Below, piece by piece: positions 36,219 through 44,487 of a stretch of 64,000 nucleotides of DNA (position 1 is the stretch's first letter; every line of letters begins with the position of its first letter). The stretch comes from Acidobacteriota bacterium (GTDB lineage: Bacteria; Acidobacteriota; Blastocatellia; RBC074), in the NCBI GenBank assembly GCA_016196035.1, contig JACPYM010000015.1, positions 64,525-128,524 on the forward strand, read 5' to 3'. The position numbers were made by a program, and so were the translations under genes. The notes beneath the pieces were generated by a model. The model was given only the letters and a program-made list of their open reading frames with translations. It was not told the origin of the DNA and searched no databases.

Positions 36219-36626
36219 ATGTCGTACCGCACCCACAGATTGCCCCACGTCTTTCGCGAAGAAATCAGCAAGGTGTTGCTGCGCGAATTACGCGATAAAT
36301 GTCCCGGCCTCCCTTCAATCACCGAAGTCAAAGTCAGTCCCGATCTCAGCACGGCCCGCGTCTTCATCAGTGTTTTCGGTTCTCCGGAATTACAACGTGA
36401 AGCGGTTCTGAAGCTCAATGAGCAGGCGGGCTATGTGCGCAAGTTGCTCGGACAACGGCTGCGGCTACGGCGTGTACCCGAATTGCGGTTCGTGTTTGAT
36501 GACGCACTCGAACACGGTCAGCGCATGATGGAAATCTTTCAAGAAATCGCAAAGGAGTTACCCCCCGACGATTCGCCTGCGGAACCGCTCGCGCCTGATG
36601 GTACGGCGCCCGCGGCCACGGGTTGA
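36219..36626 (+). CDS. rbfA: ribosome-binding factor A
   Basis: RLPHVFREEISKVLLRELRD...TEVKVSPDLSTARVFISV... matches the typical RbfA KH-like fold sequence. The gene follows infB. Confidence 0.9.
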   Translation: MSYRTHRLPHVFREEISKVLLRELRDKCPGLPSITEVKVSPDLSTARVFISVFGSPELQREAVLKLNEQAGYVRKLLGQRLRLRRVPELRFVFDDALEHGQRMMEIFQEIAKELPPDDSPAEPLAPDGTAPAATG

Positions 36627-36657
36627 GTCAATTCCCCCGGGTCGTATTAATCAAGCT

Positions 36658-37653
36658 ATGTTAGGTCAGGTAATTGATTTGATTGAGCGCCATCAGCGCT
36701 TCGCCATCACCACACACATCCGACCGGATGGCGATGGGTTGGGTTCGTCACTCGCGCTTGGCTGGATTTTGCGCGGCCTCGGCAAAGAAGCCGAAGTCAT
36801 CACGCGCGACCAGGTGCCACACGCGTATTTGCGGCTGCCCGGTTCCGCCGAAATCCGCGTGCTGCCGGATACGGATCAAGCGTATGACGCCGTCTTTGTC
36901 ATCGAATGCAGCGATGTCGAACGGCCCGGCTTGCCCAGTCTGAAAGACCAGTTGGTCGTCAACATTGATCATCATTCGACGACCGCGCTTTACGGCAATA
37001 TCAACTGGATTGATTCGACCGCCGCCGCCGTGGGCGAGATGATTTACAACCTCGCCAAAGCCATCGGCGCCAAGATTACCCCCGAAATCGCCAGTTGCGT
37101 TTACGCCGCGCTTTTGACCGACACCGGCTCCTTCCACTTTTCCAACACCACCGAACGCACCTTCAAAATCGCCAGCGAACTCGTGCGCCACGGCGCGCAA
37201 CCGGCCAAACTCTCGCAGGCGATTTTTTATAACTACCCATATGCCAAGGTCTGTCTGGTGGGCGAAGTGCTCTCGACTTTGCAGCGTGACGAGACGGGCC
37301 GCATCGCCTGGATCACGATGAGCAAGGACGCGATGGAACGCACCGGCGCGACCGAAGACGATTCGGACGGCATCATCAATTACCCGCTCACAGTGGGCGA
37401 TGTCGAAGCCGTGGCCTTCTTCCGCGAATTGTCCAACGACACGTTCCGCATTTCGCTGCGGTCAAAGAACCGCGTCAACGTGGCCCGCGTGGCCGAACAT
37501 TTTGGCGGCGGTGGCCATTGCAATGCCGCCGGGTTCACCGTGAAAGCGGATTTCGCTGAACTGACGCAGCAGGTGCTGGACGAGTTGAAAGAGGCCGTCC
37601 GGAATGCGCCGCTTGCTGTCAATGGCAGCGCGCGCGAAATCAGGCCGCGCTGA
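36658..37653 (+). CDS. nrnA: DHH/DHHA1 family phosphoesterase (NrnA-like oligoribonuclease / pAp phosphatase)
   Basis: HIRPDGDGLGS, NIDHHST and GGGHCNAAG motifs are present. Confidence 0.8.
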   Translation: MLGQVIDLIERHQRFAITTHIRPDGDGLGSSLALGWILRGLGKEAEVITRDQVPHAYLRLPGSAEIRVLPDTDQAYDAVFVIECSDVERPGLPSLKDQLVVNIDHHSTTALYGNINWIDSTAAAVGEMIYNLAKAIGAKITPEIASCVYAALLTDTGSFHFSNTTERTFKIASELVRHGAQPAKLSQAIFYNYPYAKVCLVGEVLSTLQRDETGRIAWITMSKDAMERTGATEDDSDGIINYPLTVGDVEAVAFFRELSNDTFRISLRSKNRVNVARVAEHFGGGGHCNAAGFTVKADFAELTQQVLDELKEAVRNAPLAVNGSAREIRPR

Positions 37654-38736
37654 TCACGCCGCCGCTTGAAGCTGTGTTTCAAACGCTGCCTGGCTACGCG
37701 CCACCATCACTTCGTGCCAATTGACCAGCGGCGGGCCGTTGGCATTGCATAAATCAACATAAACCTCCTGGCACAATTGTTTGAAGGCCGGATACGCGCG
37801 CGCTAAATAACTCGGCCACGCCGCCGCCAACCGCTGCTCCCGCACATTGCAAAGCTGATAACGCCGCGCAAAGCCATACGAGAGCGGGACGACTGTCCCG
37901 TCCGCTTCCAACACCAACAAACCATGAAGTTGTGCTGGCTTTGGGTTGGCGGCTAGTTCGCCCGCGTAAACCAAGCCCGGTTCCTCACGCAAATCTTCCT
38001 GATGCAGCACGTCCAGTTGCACGGCCATTGTCTCGGCATATTTCTGCCGCAACGCAAAAGACAGCAGATAAACCTTCGCCAGCGCTTCTTCATCCGCTGC
38101 CGCCTCGGTCATCCGGTCACTCGCGCGTCCGGCCAGTTCGAGCGGATGCAGTTGCAACAGTTTGGCTCCTTGGGCAGCGGCAAACTCCGCGACCCAGAGC
38201 AAGTGCTCCCAATTCTGTTGCGTTACGGTGTGGATGATGCCGAAGGGAATTTGCGCCGCGCGCACCTGCGCCAAACCGGCCTCCAATTGCGCAAAGGCCC
38301 GCGCCGAGCCGCGAATCTGGTTATGCACATCGGGCGGCCCATCCAGACTGATGGCCAGCACGTCCACCAATGGACGCAACCGCTCCAACAGTTTCGGCTG
38401 TGTGAAATAGCCATTGGTCGTGACGGTGGTGCGCAGCCCCAAGGTTTTGGCGTGGTTGAGCACTTCCTCCAATCCGCGATACATCAGCGGCTCGCCGCCC
38501 GCGACTGAAACAACTGCGTAGCCCAAAGCCGCCGCGTCGGTGATGACCTCGCAAACGGTTTGTACATCCAGTTCCGTGCGCGCCGTCGGGCCGGAGTTGG
38601 AATAACAATGCGCGCAAGCCAGATTGCAGCGCAGCGAGGGATGGATTTGCAAAATCGGGCTTCTGGTAGGGCCTGCCGCCCTACCAGAAAGCTCCGCCAA
38701 CGAACACTCGTCCAGGTCGAACTTTGTGTCGTTCAT
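37654..38736 (-). CDS. radical SAM enzyme (PqqE/NirJ-like core) with a Cys-depleted SPASM/twitch-like C-terminal region
   Basis: CNLACAHCY is the CxxxCxxC cluster motif. VAGGEPLMY, TTNGYF and ISLDGPPDVHNQIRG are also present. The C-terminal EADGTVVPLSY...LCNVREQRL aligns by eye to the SPASM dG.v.PC...lGN.. pattern but lacks the Cys ligands. Confidence 0.8.
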   Translation of the reverse strand: MNDTKFDLDECSLAELSGRAAGPTRSPILQIHPSLRCNLACAHCYSNSGPTARTELDVQTVCEVITDAAALGYAVVSVAGGEPLMYRGLEEVLNHAKTLGLRTTVTTNGYFTQPKLLERLRPLVDVLAISLDGPPDVHNQIRGSARAFAQLEAGLAQVRAAQIPFGIIHTVTQQNWEHLLWVAEFAAAQGAKLLQLHPLELAGRASDRMTEAAADEEALAKVYLLSFALRQKYAETMAVQLDVLHQEDLREEPGLVYAGELAANPKPAQLHGLLVLEADGTVVPLSYGFARRYQLCNVREQRLAAAWPSYLARAYPAFKQLCQEVYVDLCNANGPPLVNWHEVMVARSQAAFETQLQAAA

Positions 38737-38744
38737 GGTGTGCC

Positions 38745-39101
38745 TCAGAATTTATTGATAGGGCCTGTTTCCACCGGATTGCCCAGATCAACGTTGACCC
38801 GGAAGATTTCCGGCCAGGGAATGCCGTAAGGGAAAATCTCGACGCCGCTCATGCGCGGCGTCTTGGTCAGGATGTTGGCGAAGAATTGATTCGCATTGCT
38901 GGCTTCCAGCGTGCCGCAAACGCGCAAGCCATCCACGATGGGCGGGATGCCGCGCGGAAACGCCTTGACGCCCTTCAACCCGGCGCGTTGCAACCCGGCC
39001 ACGATCCCCACCATTTCCTTCAGGTTGTCTTTGTCCAGGCCACCGAAGCGCAGTTCGCGCAACAAGGCTTCTTCAATCGAAAGTGCAGCTTTTGGTTCCA
39101 T
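38745..39101 (-). CDS. hypothetical 118-aa protein translationally coupled to the radical SAM gene
   Basis: AAGGAG RBS 8 nt before ATG 39101. Its stop lies 8 nt before the radical SAM ATG. There is an internal duplicated motif, FPRGIPPIVDGLRV and FPYGIPWPEIFRVNV. I recognise no family. Confidence 0.5.
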   Translation of the reverse strand: MEPKAALSIEEALLRELRFGGLDKDNLKEMVGIVAGLQRAGLKGVKAFPRGIPPIVDGLRVCGTLEASNANQFFANILTKTPRMSGVEIFPYGIPWPEIFRVNVDLGNPVETGPINKF

Positions 39102-39469
39102 AGCATTTCTCCTTTTCAAACGGAATTATTGGTGACAGCAGCCCACAGACTGCCGCCATAAAGCACGAGTGAAACCTCGGCATTGGCGCTGCCGCACAGG
39201 CATAGACACACGTCTCCCTGCGGCTACAGCGCCACCAATTCAGTTGATCGTCAGAGCGAGGGGAGAGAAACAGGTCGTGACGTTTTCAAGAGCAGCTTAT
39301 CTGGCGCAAGCGCCAGCAGCGTTCCCACACGAAACCGGAATTGAGAAACGCAGACAGGGTGGTGATGGTCTGCTGGGGGAAAGTGCAAATGCGCTCGCCG
39401 TTTCGATTCATTTCGACGAGCAAGCAGGACAACGAAGCTGAATGATTGTTTGCTGAGTGAACGGGCGCG

Positions 39470-39499
39470 ACTGTAGACCCGTGGTCGGGAAAGTGTCAA
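39470..39499 (-). promoter_or_regulatory. possible promoter (TTGACA-18 nt-TACAGT on the minus strand) about 370 nt upstream of the 118-aa gene
   Basis: Minus-strand TTGACA corresponds to plus 39494-39499, and TACAGT to plus 39470-39475. This is a by-eye prediction only. Confidence 0.3.
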
Positions 39500-39559
39500 G
39501 CGATTTTTCCGGCAGCGTGCGGTGTGATCCTGGCTGTATCAGCGGAACCGCTTGCGGGT

Positions 39560-39991
39560 TCAAATGAATAGCTCCGCCGAGACTTTGAAAAATTGCGCCA
39601 AGGCTTTCGCCTGCACCTTGCTGATCGGACGGACGCCGTTGATGGCTTCGGACGCGCGGCCACTGGAACCGAACAGTGGCACCAACTCTTTCTGCGCCAA
39701 GTCGCGCGCTTCCATCAAATGTTGCAAGACCTCGTGCGGCGCGGCGTCCTCGAAATCGTAATGTTCGTCCTCATATCGTTCGACCAACAGTGACAATAGA
39801 TCGAGCAGTTGATCTTCTTCGGGCGTGATGTCTTTGCGTTTGTTTAGCAGCACGTTAATCGCCGCAACAACGCGGTCGTATTCTTTCTCGGTATGAATGA
39901 CGACTGGCGTGACGTGCGCCAAAAGCTCGCCGTACTGCCGCGCATCGAACCGTAGTCTGACTCTGATTTTAGGTTTTACAGTTGCAGTCAT
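39560..39991 (-). CDS. higA: HigA-type antitoxin (XRE-family HTH with an N-terminal extension)
   Basis: It overlaps the higB stop by 23 nt. The C-terminal LAQKELVPLFGSSGRASEAINGVRPISKVQAKALAQFFKV is an XRE-type HTH. Confidence 0.75.
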   Translation of the reverse strand: MTATVKPKIRVRLRFDARQYGELLAHVTPVVIHTEKEYDRVVAAINVLLNKRKDITPEEDQLLDLLSLLVERYEDEHYDFEDAAPHEVLQHLMEARDLAQKELVPLFGSSGRASEAINGVRPISKVQAKALAQFFKVSAELFI

Positions 39992-40274
39992 CTTTCCATT
40001 TCCCACGATCGTACTCCTTGTGGGTGAGGACGGCGCGAATGTATACGCGCTGCCTTGGAAAATCGATATCAACGATTAGCCGGTACTTGTTTCCGCCGAT
40101 GTTGAAAACGATGCAGTCACCAACCAAATCCGCGTGTGGAAAATCAGCTTGTACCTCAACGAATGTTTTCCAGCTTGCGCGCTTCGTTAGCGAAATCCAG
40201 CTACGCAGTGGTGTTTCAGCATCAGGGTACGTCGCCCAAAATTGAGCAAGAGGCTTGCGCGTCAAAATTCTCAT
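39969..40274 (-). CDS. higB: HigB-family (RelE-fold) mRNA interferase toxin
   Basis: MRILTRKPLAQFWATYPDAETPLRSW...FNIGGNKYRLIVDIDF...VYIRAVLTHKEYDR matches the HigB_toxin family pattern. Confidence 0.85.
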   Translation of the reverse strand: MRILTRKPLAQFWATYPDAETPLRSWISLTKRASWKTFVEVQADFPHADLVGDCIVFNIGGNKYRLIVDIDFPRQRVYIRAVLTHKEYDRGKWKDDCNCKT

Positions 40275-40308
40275 AAATAACTTTCAGGGTAACGCGCGAG
40301 GAAGCAGC

Positions 40309-40339
40309 GACAATATCTCCCGAATTGGGAGATATTGTC
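40309..40339. promoter_or_regulatory. perfect 13-bp-arm palindrome, probable HigA operator
   Basis: GACAATATCTCCC-GAATT-GGGAGATATTGTC lies 35-65 nt upstream of the higB start. Confidence 0.5.
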
Positions 40340-40368
40340 AAGCCCACGAAAGGCGTGGCAAGGTTGCG

Positions 40369-40413
40369 AAGGCAACTGGCACACAGGCTGGAGGCATGCG
40401 TGCCAGTTGCCTT
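40369..40413 (-). terminator. hairpin directly downstream of the amidohydrolase gene stop
   Basis: 14-bp stem: AAGGCAACTGGCAC (40369-40382) pairs with GTGCCAGTTGCCTT (40400-40413). There is no clear U-tract. Confidence 0.4.
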
Positions 40414-40421
40414 GCCGAAAA

Positions 40422-43400
40422 CTACTTCGGCCCCCGCTCCCACCAATACTGCTTCTCCAGCTTCTTCTGCACTGGCCATTCCTGATCCAGCGTGTCGCCG
40501 TGATAAAGCTCGCCGTTTTTCATCACGTAACGAATCGTGTTGGTGTTGCGGATGTCGGTCAGCGGGTTTTGATCGAGCACGATCAAGTCGGCCAGTTTGC
40601 CCGCTTCCAGCGAACCGACATCGCGGTTCAAGCCAATCGCCTCCGCGCCAAAGATCGTTGCGACCTTCAAGGCTTCCATCGTCGTCATCCCGCCGGATTG
40701 CAACGCCCACAATTCCCAATGACAGCCGATGCCTTGCATCTGCCCGTGTCCGCCCAAGCCGACGCGTCCGCCCGCGCGCACGACTTTGGCGGCGCCTGCG
40801 GCGATGCCTTTGTAGCCGTATTCGTCAGGATGGAACCATTGGCCGCGCCGCCGCAGCATGCCGTTGAGCAGTTCCAGCGGTACAAAGCGCGCCAGTTTTT
40901 GGTTGTTTACCACGTCGGTGTTTTGGAAGAAGTAATTCTCTGTCCACGGCGCGCCGTAAGCGACCAGCAGCGTCGGCGTGTAAAACGTCTTGGTCTGTGC
41001 GACGAATTCGGCCATGTCTTTGTAGAGCGGTTGAATGGGCAGCGCGTGTTCATTGCCCGAATAGCCGTCCATCATTTGCGTCAGGTCGAGTTTCATATCC
41101 AGCGCGCCTTCAGTCGTCGGCGTGATTTTGAATTCCTGACAGGCCAGCGCGACCCATTGGCGCACGAGGCGGTCGCCGGTGACGTACTCCTTCAACGTGT
41201 CGGTTTGATAAGCCTCGCGGTAGCGTTTGATGTAATTGCGCGCCGTGTCCTTGTCGGTCAAGCCGTCGTTGGAAAAAACGCCGGGGCCGGTGGTGAGAAT
41301 GCGCGGGCCGACGATTTCGCCCGTCTCCACGAGGTCGGCGTAAGCATACACATCCGTCGTCGAAGGCTGCGGGTCGCGCGTCGTGGTGATGCCGTAGGCC
41401 AGATTCGCCAAGTAAGCCCAGACCTGCGTTTGATGGACGTTGCGCGGCGGACGCATGTGCGCGTGCACATCCACGAGGCCGGGGATGATCGTCTTGCCGG
41501 TTACGTCAATCACTTTGGCGTCGGCGGGGAAGACAGGCGCAGCAGCCTGTTTCTTAGCGCCCTTGCCAGTTGCGGGCAAGGGCGCGCTGGCTTTGATCTC
41601 GACGATGCGGTTGTCAACGACGGTGATGTCGCCGCGTTCGAGCACTTCGTCGCCTTTCATCGTAATGACGCGCGCGCCGGTCAGGATGACTTTGCCCGCA
41701 GGTTTGACGCGCGCGGCTTCGACGATGGCGTCAAAGGCTTCGGGCTTGTCTGCGTCGAGCGTTTGGTTGAAAAACTTCGTGCCCCACGACCACGTCACCG
41801 CTTTGCCGTCCGGCGTCCATTGCAAGTAATCGCCGCCATCCGCCGACATCTTCTTAACCGGCACAGTGGTGTTGGGCGACGTGCCGGTGATGCTGACGTT
41901 CACGGTCTCTTTGCCGGCTTTGGGAATCGTCACGATGTAGTGTTTGGTTTGCAGCGAGACAAAGGCGCGCGTGCCGTCAGGCGAAATGCGCATCTCATCC
42001 GCCGTTGGCGGATTGGGTGGCGCGCCCGCGCCCGTGACTTTCAGATGCGTGCGTTTGTCGAAACCATCAAGCCGCACCGAAGCCAGACCTTGTCCCGTCG
42101 TGTAATAAACGCGCTGCGGGTCGTTGCTGAAATGCGGTTGCTGACCGCCTTCCGCCGCTGTGATGACGGTCGAATCGCCGCCCGTGGCCGCGATATAGCG
42201 CAGTTCGCGTATGCCTGTGCCGCCCGCGCCGCCGATTTCGTTGTTGGTGGGGTTGTGCAAGGCGGCTTCTTCGGGCGAACGGAAGTTGTCGTCTTCGTGC
42301 AAGTCGGCGAACAATTGGTCGCTGATCGCGCCGTAAGTGAACACAATCTTCGTGTTGTCGGGCGCGTAACAGGGGAAGGAATAAAACGCCGCGCGCCGCG
42401 TCAACTGCTCAGGCGCGCCGCCCGCGCTGGGCACGCGGTAGATGTGCCCGCCCTCGCGCGTCCACGTGGCGAACGCGATATACCCACCATCGGGCGACCA
42501 CGCGGGCATGAATTCGCCTACCGTCAGATTGGTCAGCCGTTGCGGCTTGGCATTGGCTTCGAGCGGCATCACGTAAAGTTTGTTGAAGGCGGTGAACGCG
42601 ACACGCCGTCCATCGGGCGAGAGCGCGGGATAGCGAATCAGCCGCGCCTTGACCACCGGCCCGTCATCCACCTTGTAATCGAAATGCAGCCGCGCCGCGA
42701 TGTCCACATCCACTTTGGCGTTGAAGGGAATGGTCGTGGCCGCGCCGCTGGCGAAATCTACGCGTTTGATCTTGCCGTCAATCGTGACGATCAGCGCCTT
42801 GCCATCGGGCGTGAAGGCATAACCTGGAAACGTGTCGCGTGTGGCGCGTGATTCCTGGTCGTCGCGCGTGACGTGGCTGATGAGCCAGCGCTCCTCGTTT
42901 GTTTCCAAATCGCGCACGCGCAGCGCCGTTTGTAATTGGTAGCGCGTGGCATAGACCAAATGCTTGCCATCGGGCGAGAGCACTGGGCGCATTGCGCTGC
43001 CTTGGGCATTGGTCAGCCGCGTGGTCTCGCTGGTCTCGCGGTCGAAGCGGTAAATCTGCCAGAGCGGAAATTGCACGTTGTAACTGAAGGCATTGGTGCG
43101 TTGCGCCCAGTAAATGTATTTGCCATCCGGCGAAGCGACCGCGCCCATCTTGTTCAAAGGCGGCGCGGGCGGCGGGCCGCCTTGGCCGGGCGCGGCGGGC
43201 GGCGGCGGCGGTGGGCCGATGCTGACGCCGGTGCCGCCGTCTTTGTGCCACATATACGGGTGATAGGGGGCGATGCCGCGATCCGAACGCGAGGCGATTA
43301 TGTAGTTGCCGTCGGGCGTCCACGCGGGCGACAGGTAATAGGTGATGTCGTTGCCGCGCCCTTTGGTGATGGCTTTGACGTCGCTGCCGTCGGGTTTGCA

Positions 43401-43808
43401 GGTATACAAATTCTCGCCGCCGCTGCGATCGCTGATAAAGGTGATTAACCGGCTATCCGGTGAGAATTTCGGTTGTGATTCAAAGCCGAGGTCGCCGCCG
43501 ACTATACGTTTGGCTTCGCCACCGTTGATGGGCAGCGTGTAAATGTCGCCTGCTAGATCAAAGACGATGGTCTGGCCGTCGGGCGCAACATCCAGCGACA
43601 TCCAGGTACCTTCGTCGGTGGTGAAGCTGATTTTCCCGGCGGGTTTCAGCGGCAAGCCTTCGTCTTTTTTCTCCTCCTTCTTTTCTCCCTGGGTTTGGGC
43701 AAAAGCGCTGAGCCGGGCGGTGAAGGGAGCGTTCGCGGCGTACAACAGGCCCAGGGTTAGGACGCCCAGCGCGATCAGGCAACGCCAGGCTGACAAGGTG
43801 TGCAACAT
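40422..43808 (-). CDS. secreted TolB/PD40 beta-propeller plus metal-dependent amidohydrolase fusion protein (tricorn-like architecture)
   Basis: Repeated PD40-type motifs are present (SPDG..I.F.S.R.G...L). The amidohydrolase signature is IIPGLVDVHAHM...GYSGNEHA. The probable start is ATG 43808, with an AAGGAG RBS and a signal peptide. Confidence 0.8.
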   Translation of the reverse strand: MLHTLSAWRCLIALGVLTLGLLYAANAPFTARLSAFAQTQGEKKEEKKDEGLPLKPAGKISFTTDEGTWMSLDVAPDGQTIVFDLAGDIYTLPINGGEAKRIVGGDLGFESQPKFSPDSRLITFISDRSGGENLYTCKPDGSDVKAITKGRGNDITYYLSPAWTPDGNYIIASRSDRGIAPYHPYMWHKDGGTGVSIGPPPPPPAAPGQGGPPPAPPLNKMGAVASPDGKYIYWAQRTNAFSYNVQFPLWQIYRFDRETSETTRLTNAQGSAMRPVLSPDGKHLVYATRYQLQTALRVRDLETNEERWLISHVTRDDQESRATRDTFPGYAFTPDGKALIVTIDGKIKRVDFASGAATTIPFNAKVDVDIAARLHFDYKVDDGPVVKARLIRYPALSPDGRRVAFTAFNKLYVMPLEANAKPQRLTNLTVGEFMPAWSPDGGYIAFATWTREGGHIYRVPSAGGAPEQLTRRAAFYSFPCYAPDNTKIVFTYGAISDQLFADLHEDDNFRSPEEAALHNPTNNEIGGAGGTGIRELRYIAATGGDSTVITAAEGGQQPHFSNDPQRVYYTTGQGLASVRLDGFDKRTHLKVTGAGAPPNPPTADEMRISPDGTRAFVSLQTKHYIVTIPKAGKETVNVSITGTSPNTTVPVKKMSADGGDYLQWTPDGKAVTWSWGTKFFNQTLDADKPEAFDAIVEAARVKPAGKVILTGARVITMKGDEVLERGDITVVDNRIVEIKASAPLPATGKGAKKQAAAPVFPADAKVIDVTGKTIIPGLVDVHAHMRPPRNVHQTQVWAYLANLAYGITTTRDPQPSTTDVYAYADLVETGEIVGPRILTTGPGVFSNDGLTDKDTARNYIKRYREAYQTDTLKEYVTGDRLVRQWVALACQEFKITPTTEGALDMKLDLTQMMDGYSGNEHALPIQPLYKDMAEFVAQTKTFYTPTLLVAYGAPWTENYFFQNTDVVNNQKLARFVPLELLNGMLRRRGQWFHPDEYGYKGIAAGAAKVVRAGGRVGLGGHGQMQGIGCHWELWALQSGGMTTMEALKVATIFGAEAIGLNRDVGSLEAGKLADLIVLDQNPLTDIRNTNTIRYVMKNGELYHGDTLDQEWPVQKKLEKQYWWERGPK

Positions 43809-43926
43809 AGATTTTCTCCTTTTGCTTGCGGTGTGGTCGGTTCGGATTTGGTGACGGAATACGGCGGCATCATAGCGGTACGCGCATTGAAGGAACAAGA
43901 TGAGACCGGTTCGTTTGAATAGCGAG

Positions 43927-44087
43927 ATCGGGTTTCACTTCGGTGTAGGGTGAAAGCCGCGTCACGGGACGGTACCGCGCGCGTCAGCAAGCGGTGCGAC
44001 AAGTCTGGCGGACTGGTACAGTAGCGCAGGCTCCGCTTGCTGACGCGCGCGGTACCGTCCCCCTCACACACCAAAGTGAAACCCGAT
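43927..44087. repeat. 161-bp nested palindromic element (29-bp perfect inner stem, 20-bp outer stem with one mismatch)
   Basis: Inner stem: 43966-43994 (GGGACGGTACCGCGCGCGTCAGCAAGCGG) is the exact reverse complement of 44033-44061. Outer stem: 43927-43946 pairs with 44068-44087. Confidence 0.9.
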
Positions 44088-44487
44088 TTAGAAGATGGAA
44101 AGGCCTAGCGGCAGCGCAAGACTGCCGTTAAACAGCACGCAAACGGCCTGTTTGGGGGCACGCATTGCCGTTCATGCGCAGTGAACGTACCGCGTTGTGC
44201 AGCGCCGCCAAATGGATTTTCAACTATGCCCAAACCCAGGCTTTAGCTTTTGCGTGGCTTGTGGTATCAAAGCAGCCGCGATAACAGTTCACGAGTGTGA
44301 CTCTCCCAACAGGTTTCCCCCGCTTAAACCCGCTCAACTGTGTGACGAAGTGCTGGCTTGGTGGTTAGTCGAAGAAGGCGTTTTCGGTTTGTTCGCCAGC
44401 TTCTTTACCTGGTCGAGTTGCGCGTAATTTTACGGCGGCTTGCTCACGTTCTGATGGTAACGCTCCACCTGAAATGAGCACGCGCCG

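Noticed and set aside
37769-37784. Sigma-54 promoter-like TGGCAC-N5-TTTGA
   Set aside because: The critical -12 GC is missing, and the site lies inside the radical SAM coding region on the antisense strand. Other TGGCAC occurrences (for example around 55750 and 40376) have wrong spacing or a wrong -12 element.
40335-42851. 838-aa ORF on the plus strand
   Set aside because: It is antisense to the PD40/amidohydrolase gene, which has clear family motifs. The translation is Arg/Ala/Gly-rich with no motifs. This is a typical high-GC shadow ORF.
44197-44427. 76-aa ORF in the gap upstream of the methyltransferase gene
   Set aside because: It has no RBS and no motifs, and its composition is unlike the neighbouring genes. 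It is probably non-coding or decayed sequence.
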